DNA of 32,000 nucleotides from Deinococcus radiodurans R1 = ATCC 13939 = DSM 20539. GTDB lineage: Bacteria; Deinococcota; Deinococci; Deinococcales; Deinococcaceae. A program made the position numbers and the translations under genes. The stretch's first letter is position 1. Each line of letters starts with the position of its first letter. The stretch is from positions 1,231,249 through 1,263,248 of the forward strand of contig NC_001263.1 of NCBI RefSeq assembly GCF_000008565.1, in the 5' to 3' direction. Below the pieces are notes generated by a model. The model was given only the letters and a program-made list of their open reading frames with translations. It searched no databases and was not told the DNA's origin. Of the stretch, positions 19,231 through 31,557 are shown one piece after another.

Positions 19231-20132
19231 TGCCAGTCCTCGCCTTTACCGGCAACCGTTTTCTGGCTGACGAAACCCTGCGCGACACGCTGAGTGCGCG
19301 TGGGCTCAACGCCCGTGACCTGCCGCGCTTTTCCGGCGAGGACGTGAGCGCCGAGACGCTGGGGCCGCACCTCGCGCCGAGTCTCTTTGGCGACGGCGGC
19401 GTAGTCGTCGATTTCGAGGGCCTCAAGCCCGACAAGGCCCTGCTGGAGCTGCTTTCCTCGGCGCCCGTCACGGTGGCCGTGCTCGACGAGGCGCCGCCCG
19501 CAACCCGGCTCAAGCTCTATCAGAAGGCGGGCGAGGTTATCCCCTCGGCGGCCCCGAGTAAGCCCGGCGACGTGACCGGCTGGGTGGTCACGCGGGCCAA
19601 AAAAATGGGCCTGCGGTTGGAGCGCGACGCGGCGAGCTATCTGGCCGAGGTGTTCGGTGCCGACCTGGCGGGCATCGCGGGCGAGTTGAACAAGCTGGAG
19701 CTGCTCGGCGGCGCGCTGAATCGAGAACGGGTGCAGGGCATCGTGGGCCGCGATCCGCCCGGCGACTCGTTTGCCATGCTCGGCGCGGCGACGGCGGGCC
19801 GCCCCGGTGAAGCGGTGCTGCAACTGCGCCGCCTGCTCGGCTCGGGCGAAGACCCCTTCCGGCTGCTCGGCGCGGTGGTGTGGCAGTACAGCCTGATTGC
19901 CCGCACGGTCGGCCTGCTCCAGGAGGAAGGCCGCGTGAATGACGCGGTGGCCGCTCAGCGCCTGGGCGTCAAGCCCTTTCCGGCGAAAAAGGCGCTGGAA
20001 GTCGCGCGGCGCCTGAGTGAAAGCCGGATTCGCAGCCACCTGGGCGCCATTCTCGATGCCGACCTCGCCATGAAGCGCGGGCTGGACCCGCAAGTCGCCC
20101 TTGAGCGGCTGCTGGTCAAGCTGAGCGTATAG
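19230..20132 (+). CDS. holA: DNA polymerase III delta subunit
   Basis: 300 aa. The layout matches HolA: N-terminal MPVLAFTGNRFLADE, central LAGIAGELNKLEL, C-terminal FRLLGAVVWQYSLIAR...LGVKPFPAKKALE. Confidence 0.85.
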   Translation: MPVLAFTGNRFLADETLRDTLSARGLNARDLPRFSGEDVSAETLGPHLAPSLFGDGGVVVDFEGLKPDKALLELLSSAPVTVAVLDEAPPATRLKLYQKAGEVIPSAAPSKPGDVTGWVVTRAKKMGLRLERDAASYLAEVFGADLAGIAGELNKLELLGGALNRERVQGIVGRDPPGDSFAMLGAATAGRPGEAVLQLRRLLGSGEDPFRLLGAVVWQYSLIARTVGLLQEEGRVNDAVAAQRLGVKPFPAKKALEVARRLSESRIRSHLGAILDADLAMKRGLDPQVALERLLVKLSV

Positions 20133-20149
20133 CTGCTAGGCAACAACAC

Positions 20150-20179
20150 AAAAAAGAGACGGACCCGCAGGCCCGCCCC
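20150..20179 (-). terminator. Intrinsic terminator for the YbjN-like gene
   Basis: The minus strand reads GGGGCGGGCC-TGCG-GGTCCGTCTC, a 10-bp stem that includes G-U pairs, followed by TTTTTTG. It lies 22 nt after the stop at 20201. Confidence 0.55.
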
Positions 20180-20200
20180 TTCTGAAAACGCGACTCCGGC

Positions 20201-20662
20201 TTACGCCTGGGGCTGCTGAATCTGCATCCCTTCCTGGGGCACGTAGCCTTCAAGGGCCGCGTAGTCGTCTTGGAAGTGCATCAGCACGCCGCCGAACAGC
20301 GTGTCGAAGGTTTCCTGGGGCATTTCGGCCAGGGTGGGGTAAAAGCCCACGTATTCCAGCCAGACGTTGCCTTCCTGGTCGATGCTGCGGGCAAAGGCGC
20401 GCTCACGGTTGCGGTCGTTGAGCATCATGGCGACTTCGGCGCGGCGGTCGGCGTAGGTCTTCTGGGTCACGCAGGTGATTTCCAGACGGCTGGTGTTGTT
20501 GGGGCCGTCGTTGACCGAGACCAGCACGGCGGCGTCGCCCATCTCGAAGCGCCAGCCCATGCGAATAAAGCGCTGGCCGCCGTTTTCTTCGATGTCGAGC
20601 TGAACTTCTTTTTCTTGCAGGTACTTGGCGAGGGTGTCGAGGGTAAGCAGAGCAGTTTCCAT
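20201..20662 (-). CDS. YbjN-family (type III secretion chaperone-like) protein
   Basis: ATG at 20662 is preceded by AGGAGG (aggaggaaaacaccATG). The 153-aa product [23 protein letters not shown]... has a YbjN-like pattern. From memory it corresponds to D. radiodurans DR1245. Confidence 0.85.
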
Positions 20663-20815
20663 GGTGTTTTCCTCCTGGGAAGTAAAGGCGGGCCGCAAAA
20701 GCTCAGGCCCGGTCGGGAGACCCGAACGATTCTACCACCTGCGCTCTCATGTTCGGGCCGGGCCAGGGAGTCTCAAGGCTGGGGCAGAATTCTGAGGGTT
20801 AACGGAGCCAGCCCT

Positions 20816-21865
20816 TCACACGCTTTCTTTGGCCGAGTGGCTCAGCACCTCGTAACCGTCTTCCGTCACCAGAATCAGGTCTTCGATGCGCACGCCGCCC
20901 ACGCCGGGCAGGTAGGCGCCGGGTTCGATGGTGATGACCATACCCGCCTCCAGCACGTCCTGGCTGGTGCCGCGCAGGCCGGGGCCTTCGTGGACCTCCA
21001 GACCGACGCCGTGCCCCAGCGAGTGCGCGAAGGCTTCGCCCAGGCCGTGGCGGGTCAGCAGGTCGCGGGCGAGTTTGTCGAGGTCGGCGGCGCGCACGCC
21101 GGGCCGGATGGCGGCGATGGCGGCTTCCTCGGCCTCCAGCACCGCGTCGTAGACCCTTTTCATCTCGGCGCTCGGGGTGCCGACGGCGACGGTGCGGGTC
21201 ATGTCGGAGTTGTAACCTCCGAGACGGGCACCCATGTCGATGGTCACGAGGTCGCCGTCCTCAATCACGCGCTTCGAAGCGTGGCCGTGCGGCTTGGCCC
21301 CGTTCGGCCCGCTCGCCACGATCAGCTCGAAGGCACTTTCTCCCCCGGCGCGGCGCAATCGGGTTTCGATTTCCACCGCCACGTCGAGTTCGCGCACGCC
21401 CGCGCGAATCATGGGCCGCACTTCGGTGTACACGCGGTCGGCGAGGTCCTGCGCGGCGCGAATCGCCCCGATTTCCTCGGGTGTCTTGACGGCTCGCAGG
21501 CCACCGAGCGTACCCCGCAGCGCCACCAGCGTGGAATTGGGCCACGCCTGACGCAGGTCTTCGAGTTCGGCCACCGTCAGGCTCTCGGCCTCGAAGCCCA
21601 CGCGCAGGCCGCGCACCGTGTCCGCCGCGTGCTCGTAGGTGGCGGGGGGGCGGGCTATGTACTGGGGCAGGCTCGATTCTTCCTGCGCCTGCACGGTGTA
21701 GCGGGCGTCGGTGTAGAGGGTGGCGCCATCCGGGGACACCAGCACCTTGCCGTCTTCGGCACTCGTAAAGCCCGAGAGCCAGCGTACGTTGGCCGGGGCA
21801 CTCACCCACAGGGCGTCCACCCCCGCCCGGCCCAGCACGGGGCGCAACTGATCCATTTTGCTCAT
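20816..21865 (-). CDS. pepP: Xaa-Pro aminopeptidase (peptidase M24B)
   Basis: [11 protein letters not shown]... with ATG at 21865. Metal ligands sit in [36 protein letters not shown] and ITIEPGAY...VRIEDL. The 841-aa track ORF merely runs on upstream, antisense to sucC. Confidence 0.9.
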   Translation of the reverse strand: MSKMDQLRPVLGRAGVDALWVSAPANVRWLSGFTSAEDGKVLVSPDGATLYTDARYTVQAQEESSLPQYIARPPATYEHAADTVRGLRVGFEAESLTVAELEDLRQAWPNSTLVALRGTLGGLRAVKTPEEIGAIRAAQDLADRVYTEVRPMIRAGVRELDVAVEIETRLRRAGGESAFELIVASGPNGAKPHGHASKRVIEDGDLVTIDMGARLGGYNSDMTRTVAVGTPSAEMKRVYDAVLEAEEAAIAAIRPGVRAADLDKLARDLLTRHGLGEAFAHSLGHGVGLEVHEGPGLRGTSQDVLEAGMVITIEPGAYLPGVGGVRIEDLILVTEDGYEVLSHSAKESV

Positions 21866-21947
21866 GGGGGCGAGGGTAACACGCCCGTGCCCCGCCGCTC
21901 CTCGCCGCCTTTGTGGACTCGCTCTGTCCCCGCAGGGGAGACAGAGT

Positions 21948-21975
21948 CTGACCGGCGGCGTCAGAGGTCTATACT
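21948..21975 (+). promoter_or_regulatory. Candidate sigma-70-type promoter for sucCD
   Basis: CTGACC (21948-21953), a 16-nt spacer, then TATACT (21970-21975). This lies about 75 nt upstream of the GTG at 22052, which is preceded by AGGAGG. Confidence 0.3.
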
Positions 21976-22051
21976 CGTTTATCGGGACAAATGAACATCT
22001 GCGGCTCCCCACACCCACCGGGGGGTCATTCCCACCACAGGAGGCAACACC

Positions 22052-23212
<1,161 letters not shown>

Positions 23213-23213
23213 G

Positions 23214-24119
<906 letters not shown>

Positions 24120-24135
24120 TCGCCACTTCTGAAAA

Positions 24136-24165
24136 GGCTGGGAGCCCCGTCTCCCGGCTTTTTTG
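24136..24165 (+). terminator. Rho-independent terminator after sucD
   Basis: GCTGGGAG (24137-24144), loop CCCCGT, CTCCCGGC (24151-24158; 8 bp with one G-U pair), then TTTTTTG. Confidence 0.7.
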
Positions 24166-24237
24166 CTGCCTTTTTGGACTTGCTTCATCCGGCCTGTCCA
24201 TCACACATCGGTCAGCCCCTGCGCGTAGACTTGCTCC

Positions 24238-24816
24238 ATGAAACGAGCCGTGGCTGTCCTGCTGACCCTGTCTGCGCCCCTGCTGGCGGGGACTGCCGGC
24301 GCTGCGACTGTGGGCGTGGTGCGCGGCACGGTGGCAGGCGACACGGCGCTGGATACCCGCATTGGCGTCTGGGCTGTGTCGCCTTTTGGACAGCCGCTCC
24401 AGCAACTCGCCGACGCGCCGTTGCAAGACGGCAAATTCGCGCTGACCTTGCCGACTGCCGCGCCCGCCGAGCGTCTGCAATTCGCGGTGGGCGAGCGCAC
24501 GAGCTGGCCCGGTCTGGTGGATTTCGCCGGGACGAGTGTGCCGCTGAGGGCCACCGAACTCAAATTCTTCCTGTACCGCGACAGCAACGGCAACGGCCAA
24601 CGCGACGAGGGCGAAGCGCTGCGCGAGGTGCGCCCCAGCGTCGGCAAGGGTGAACTGTTCGTGGTCTGGGCGGCCACGCCCGCCACAGTCAGCGGCGCAG
24701 GCGGCTATCAGGCCGACTTGCAGGCCGGCTGGAACACGCTCGTGGTCGAGGTGCGCCGGCCCGTGCGGGTGCAGCCCTACAGCGGCGCGAACGTCGACAT
24801 TAATCTGGGCCGCTAA
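24238..24816 (+). CDS. Secreted hypothetical protein
   Basis: 192 aa. Signal peptide MKRAVAVLLTLSAPLLAGTAGAAT, beta-rich composition, no family recognised. Confidence 0.75.
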   Translation: MKRAVAVLLTLSAPLLAGTAGAATVGVVRGTVAGDTALDTRIGVWAVSPFGQPLQQLADAPLQDGKFALTLPTAAPAERLQFAVGERTSWPGLVDFAGTSVPLRATELKFFLYRDSNGNGQRDEGEALREVRPSVGKGELFVVWAATPATVSGAGGYQADLQAGWNTLVVEVRRPVRVQPYSGANVDINLGR

Positions 24817-24823
24817 ATCGCCA

Positions 24824-24877
24824 GAAAAAAGTGAAAGGCAGCCCCGCGACCGAGAGGTTTGAGGGGCGGCCTTTTTT
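24824..24877. terminator. Bidirectional intrinsic terminator between convergent genes
   Basis: GGCAGCCCC (24837-24845) pairs with GGGGCGGCC (24863-24871): 9 bp with one A/G mismatch and a 17-nt loop. It is flanked by an A-run (24824-24830) and a T-run (24872-24877). Confidence 0.55.
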
Positions 24878-24879
24878 GC

Positions 24880-25482
24880 TTACTTGCTGACGACCAAGCC
24901 ACGCTCCGGCAACCGGCGGTCATAGCGCAAGGCCGTGCGGCGGGTGCTGTTGGCGGCAAAGTCTGTTTCTTCCATGCGCAGGGACAGGACGCCGCCTTGC
25001 ATGTTCAGCGGGGAAAAAGAATCGGGCCTGGGGGGAGCGCTGATGAGGCTCTTGTTGCGCTGACAGTCCTCCACATTCTCGGCCTGTTTGCTCAGCAGGC
25101 CGAGCCGGGAATCGAACTTGAGCCACAGCACGTCGTTGTTGGCGCCTGCGCCGCACACGCCATTGACATTGCAGTTGGGTGGAGCGCTCACCTGCAAGAC
25201 CACGTACTGAAATCCGCCTTTGGACACCTCGTCGAGCACCCGCACGCCGTAACGGACATCATCGCGCAGGTTGGAGCCAAGGACATAGGTCTGCGTGGTG
25301 CAGCCGGTGATGCTGTTTTGCAAATTCAGCACCGTCTTGCGCTGGCCCTGCGTGAACACGAAGCGCCCACCCGTCTGCGCCGTGATGCGGATGAGGTCGG
25401 TGCGGCTTTGCTCGGCAGGCCAGGACGAGGCGGCGACGGCGAGAGAAGCGCAGGCCAGGACAGCAGTCAGGGCAACTTTCAT
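24880..25482 (-). CDS. Secreted hypothetical protein (Cys-containing)
   Basis: ATG at 25482 is preceded by AAGGAGG. MKVALTAVLACASLAVAASS signal peptide; 200 aa. The track ORF extends further upstream without support. Confidence 0.75.
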   Translation of the reverse strand: MKVALTAVLACASLAVAASSWPAEQSRTDLIRITAQTGGRFVFTQGQRKTVLNLQNSITGCTTQTYVLGSNLRDDVRYGVRVLDEVSKGGFQYVVLQVSAPPNCNVNGVCGAGANNDVLWLKFDSRLGLLSKQAENVEDCQRNKSLISAPPRPDSFSPLNMQGGVLSLRMEETDFAANSTRRTALRYDRRLPERGLVVSK

Positions 25483-25698
25483 GGTGGGCCTCCTTGAGGA
25501 AAGGGGACAGAGTGAGGGGTTACACCAGCGTAAACCAGAAAAAAAGCCGAGGCAAATGCCAGGGCTTTCTGCCGCCGCCTTAGCCCACCGGATGACGCAT
25601 ATCACGCTGAGGCGGCGCGGTTGTGCCTCGTCGTGCCGTTTAAGTAGGGGCAAGCTCTCTTTGTCCCTGCCTGCGACTCGAAGGCGTTAGGCTAGAGC

Positions 25699-26256
25699 AT
25701 GAACAAAGCTCTTGTCGGAGCGACTGCACTGGCCCTCGCCTTGCCGGGAGCGCGGGCCGCCGATTCGCCCACCATCGTGCAGATTCGCGCCAACTACAAC
25801 GCGGTCAATGCCCAGATCGAGCAGGGCCGCTACCGGGCGCAGCGCAAGGAGGTGCGGCTGTGCGGCGATAGCGTGGTGTCCTACACCCGCTGGCTCGACG
25901 GACGCGGCGTGGTGCGGCGGCTGACTGCCGAGCAGATAGACGACGCGATGAACGCCTCTACCAATACGCTCACCTCGCTGTGGTTCAGTGCCTCGGGGCG
26001 CCTCGGCTTCGTGCTGTACCAATCCAGCGACGAAACCTACAACGTGTACACCGACGCGCAGGGCCGGATAGTCAACAACGGCATGACGGGCCGCCACGAA
26101 ACCGCCGAACTCAGGGTCTACTTCGATTCGGCGGGGCGGGTCATCCGCACGCTGAGCAAGTACGCGATGCCGAAAAATGAACTCGCGGCGCACATTGCGG
26201 ACTTCAAAAAAATGGCCGCCCAACCCTGGGGCAGCCTGACTGGGGGGTGCGAGTAA
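25699..26256 (+). CDS. Secreted hypothetical protein
   Basis: 185 aa. Signal peptide MNKALVGATALALALPGARAAD, ordinary composition, no family recognised. Confidence 0.7.
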   Translation: MNKALVGATALALALPGARAADSPTIVQIRANYNAVNAQIEQGRYRAQRKEVRLCGDSVVSYTRWLDGRGVVRRLTAEQIDDAMNASTNTLTSLWFSASGRLGFVLYQSSDETYNVYTDAQGRIVNNGMTGRHETAELRVYFDSAGRVIRTLSKYAMPKNELAAHIADFKKMAAQPWGSLTGGCE

Positions 26257-26284
26257 GTCGCCGACACACCCCCTGGGGGAAAGC

Positions 26285-27502
<1,218 letters not shown>

Positions 27503-27562
27503 GCCAAAGAGTGTAACGGGTGGGGGTCAGCGCGGCATAAGCACGGCAGGGAAAATAGGGGA

Positions 27563-28147
27563 ATGAAACGCGCCGCGCTGCTGGTTTTGCTGGGAACTGT
27601 CCTACTGGGAAACGCTTCTGCCCTCACGCCCGAACAGGCGACCAGGAATTACGGCAGAGACGTGTTGAAAGCATATGCGGCGCAGGGCATGAAGCTGGCG
27701 CCGGGCCGCGCCGCCCTCCTGTCCTGCCAGAAGGTGGTGCCCGAGGTGCCGGACACGGTGGAAGACTGCCGGCTTCATCTCTGGGGCGCTCAGGCGGTCG
27801 CCGAAGTGATTTACCGGGCTAGTGACGACGTGACCGGAATGCGCCAACTCTGGGTCGGCAAGATGTCCGGCCTGCCTTCCGACGAACGGATGCGCCAGCT
27901 CGTCCGCGCTCTGGCCGACGATTTCAACCAGTGGACCAAGACGCCCGCCGCTCAGCAATGGTTCAAGCAGGCCGCCGTGACGCAGGGGCCGAGGCGGTTT
28001 GGGTTTGATGTGCCGTGCGCGGTCTTTTCCAGGCAGCGGCTCCCGGTCGGGGTGCTGAGTTGCCGGCAAGGCCCCGGCCCCGCCGACGGCCCCACGATTA
28101 TGGTCAATCTGGCCGACGGGCGCAGTTTCAGCGCGGACGTGCGCTGA
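27563..28147 (+). CDS. Secreted hypothetical protein
   Basis: An internal ATG at 27563 in track ORF 26474..28147 gives MKRAALLVLLGTVLLGNASA (signal peptide). 194 aa. The upstream part of that ORF is antisense to the dehydrogenase gene. Confidence 0.7.
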   Translation: MKRAALLVLLGTVLLGNASALTPEQATRNYGRDVLKAYAAQGMKLAPGRAALLSCQKVVPEVPDTVEDCRLHLWGAQAVAEVIYRASDDVTGMRQLWVGKMSGLPSDERMRQLVRALADDFNQWTKTPAAQQWFKQAAVTQGPRRFGFDVPCAVFSRQRLPVGVLSCRQGPGPADGPTIMVNLADGRSFSADVR

Positions 28148-28188
28148 GTGGTCCCAACGTCCCCGCTGCCGGGCGCTAGCCTGCCCGC

Positions 28189-28533
28189 ATGACCCTGAGC
28201 CCCGACCAGCCCCAACGCGAAATCACGTCCGACGAGCGCCGGCGCATGGCCCGCACGTTTCTCTGGATTCTGCTCGCCTTCGTGGCGGGCGTCGCCTTGA
28301 TGGTCGCCGTGCTGAGCGTGCAGGGCCGCGCCGCGCGTGAGTACGGCAGTCTGGTCATTCAGGCCGCTGGGCCGCAAAACGCGCAGGCGACGTTTGACCG
28401 CCCCTGCGCGCAGGTGTTGCCGGGCAAGCCGGTGCCGCCCAACGTGGTCAGTTGTGTGCTGGAAGTCCGCCAGGGGCAGCCGACAGCGGTGCTGAAGGTG
28501 GAAGGCGAGCGGCAGTACTGGGTGACCCGGTAA
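28189..28533 (+). CDS. Small membrane-anchored hypothetical protein
   Basis: 114 aa with one TM helix (FLWILLAFVAGVALMVAVLSV). Starts 41 nt after the previous gene, so probably co-transcribed. Confidence 0.65.
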   Translation: MTLSPDQPQREITSDERRRMARTFLWILLAFVAGVALMVAVLSVQGRAAREYGSLVIQAAGPQNAQATFDRPCAQVLPGKPVPPNVVSCVLEVRQGQPTAVLKVEGERQYWVTR

Positions 28534-28586
28534 GTCAGGTCTACTTGGGGAGGTTTCGTTTTCGCTGATCTGGACGCCCCCTCACC

Positions 28587-28627
28587 CCTTTGCATACGCA
28601 AAGGCCCTCTCCCGCCAGTGGAGAGGG
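28587..28627. repeat. Two abutting perfect hairpins (REP-like element or atypical bidirectional terminator)
   Basis: CCTTTGC-atac-GCAAAGG (28587-28604) is directly followed by CCCTCTCC-cgccagt-GGAGAGGG (28605-28627). They lie between convergent genes, and neither strand has a U-run. Confidence 0.5.
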
Positions 28628-28646
28628 TCAAAAAGCCTCAGACGCT

Positions 28647-29810
<1,164 letters not shown>

Positions 29811-29951
29811 GGGGTCAGGCTACCAAACGGGCGTTAGAGCAGTTCTCCGAATTACGCGTGCGTCGGAAGGGCACCGCCACCCGCTCCATTCTCCGTCCTG
29901 CTCCTCGTTTTGCACTCGCTCCGCTCGCCAAAAAGTGGTGCCCTCTTTTTG

Positions 29952-30215
29952 TCAAATGCTCTGGTTGACTGGGGGATTCAATATCTCGGCCAGCGCTTCC
30001 TCAATGCCGCGCCCGCGCCACGCCGGTTCGATGCTTTGCGCCTCGCCGCCGTCCCAATGGAGCTGAGCGCCGATGACCGAGCCGCCCGCGATGGCGAGGG
30101 CCGCAGCCGTCAGCTCGGCGGGCGCCTGCGGGCACAGCCGGGCGGCGGCCTGCGCGAGTGCCGGGGCGAGCGGCAGGGGAGGGCGGGACACGCGGACACG
30201 GGCAGGCAACTTCAT
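29952..30215 (-). CDS. Small hypothetical protein (87 aa)
   Basis: ATG start, high third-position GC when the codons are read by eye, ordinary composition. Lies upstream of and co-oriented with the acyl-CoA dehydrogenase. No family recognised. Confidence 0.45.
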   Translation of the reverse strand: MKLPARVRVSRPPLPLAPALAQAAARLCPQAPAELTAAALAIAGGSVIGAQLHWDGGEAQSIEPAWRGRGIEEALAEILNPPVNQSI

Positions 30216-30330
30216 GGGGTCAGGGTAGAGCAGCCGGGCCGGGCAAGCGGTGGTGGGCTCAAGCCGGGGCGTGAAGCTGGCCTTGAGCGCTCCGGGGCCT
30301 GCGTCTCACCCCGCCGTGCTGGGCTGGGGC

Positions 30331-31446
30331 ATGATGAAACGAATCGGTGCGGCGGGACTGACGGCGCTGGCGACGGTACTCGGACTCCTGGGCGCGGCGC
30401 AGGCGCAGGGCGGCCCCGTGCCGCAGCTCCGGCCCCCCGCCGGGTTCAAGGTGAGCCTCTACTCCAGCGGGTTCAAGCAGCCGCGCTTCATGGCGCTTTC
30501 GCCCTCGGGCGACCTGTTCGTGAGCGACCCGCAGGCGGGCACGGTGGTCGTCGTTCTCGACCGCAACCACGATGGGGCCGCCGACCGACAGGTGGTCTAC
30601 GCCTCGGGCCTCAACCGCCCGCACGGGCTGGCGTTTCACGGCGGGTATCTCTACGTCGCCAACACCGACGGCGTGGTGCGCTTTCCCTACAAAGCCGGCG
30701 ACCAGAAGGCGAGCGGACCGGCCGAAAAGCTGCTGAGTCTGCCGGGGGGCGGACACTGGACGCGCACGGTGGTCTTCGGGCCCGACGGCAAGATGTATGT
30801 CTCTGCCGGGAGTTCCTGCAACGTCTGCGAGGAAAGTGACAAGCGCCGCGCCGCCGTGTGGGTCTACGACGCCGACGGCAAAAACGGCAAGCCCTACGCC
30901 ACCGGCCTGCGCAACGCGGTGGGGCTGGAGTGGTTCGGTGGGACCCTCTACGCCACCAACAATGGCCGCGACGAACTCGGCGACGACCTGCCGCCCGAGG
31001 GGTTTTACCAACTCAGGTCGGGGGCGTTTTTCGGCTGGCCCTACTGCTACACGGTCAAGGCCGGGCAGCCGCAGGTCTGGGACCGCGATTTCGGCAAGAA
31101 AAATGCCGCGACCTGCCGCGCCGCCACCCCCGCCTTCGCGCTGACCACCGCGCACTCGGCGCCGCTCGGCATGGCGTTCTATACCGGCAAAACTTTCCCG
31201 GCGAGCTACCGGGGCCAACTCTTCGTCGGGCTGCACGGCAGTTGGAACCGCTCGCAAAAAAGTGGGTACAAGGTCATCTCCGTTGACCCCAAAACGGGCC
31301 GGGTGAGCGATTTCCTGACCGGCTTTCTCAGCGGCCAGGACGTACTCGGGCGCCCGGTGGACCTTCAGGTGATGCCTGACGGGGCGCTGCTGCTCACCGA
31401 CGACAGCGCGGGGCGGCTCTGGCGCATTCAGTACGTGGGGCGCTGA
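30331..31446 (+). CDS. PQQ-dependent sugar (glucose/sorbosone) dehydrogenase family protein, secreted
   Basis: ATG at 30331 gives MMKRIGAAGLTALATVLGLLGAAQAQ (signal peptide). NRPHGLAFHGGYLYVANTDGVVRF, GGHWTRTVVFGPDGKMYVSAGSSCNVC and GLRNAVGLEW are beta-propeller sorbosone-dehydrogenase-type motifs. Confidence 0.85.
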   Translation: MMKRIGAAGLTALATVLGLLGAAQAQGGPVPQLRPPAGFKVSLYSSGFKQPRFMALSPSGDLFVSDPQAGTVVVVLDRNHDGAADRQVVYASGLNRPHGLAFHGGYLYVANTDGVVRFPYKAGDQKASGPAEKLLSLPGGGHWTRTVVFGPDGKMYVSAGSSCNVCEESDKRRAAVWVYDADGKNGKPYATGLRNAVGLEWFGGTLYATNNGRDELGDDLPPEGFYQLRSGAFFGWPYCYTVKAGQPQVWDRDFGKKNAATCRAATPAFALTTAHSAPLGMAFYTGKTFPASYRGQLFVGLHGSWNRSQKSGYKVISVDPKTGRVSDFLTGFLSGQDVLGRPVDLQVMPDGALLLTDDSAGRLWRIQYVGR

Positions 31447-31557
31447 GGGCTGAGGGAGCCGCTCACCACGCTCAGGCAGGCAAAAGCGCGCTAGACTGCG
31501 GGATGTGTTTATTGCCGTCATGCAGGAAAACAGCCGCTTACGGGCGCGGGTGAGGTC

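Noticed and set aside
20663-20815. Search for a radiation/desiccation-response-type palindrome (TTATG...CATAA-like, about 17 bp, as I remember it) upstream of the YbjN-like gene and in other intergenic regions
   Set aside because: No convincing match seen by eye. Only a CCCGAAC...GTTCGGG inverted repeat (7-bp arms, 23-nt spacer) is present.
26243-26280. GGGGGTG...CACCCCC and CCCCCTGGGGG palindromes between convergent genes 25699-26256 and 26285-27502
   Set aside because: The stem overlaps the end of the coding sequence, the alternative pairings are ambiguous, and neither strand has a U-run. This is not enough to call a terminator.
29910-30839. 309-aa plus-strand ORF spanning the 29952-30215 small gene and the start of the PQQ dehydrogenase
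   Set aside because: It is Arg/Gly-rich nonsense, out of frame with the PQQ-dehydrogenase ORF, which has a signal peptide and conserved propeller motifs.
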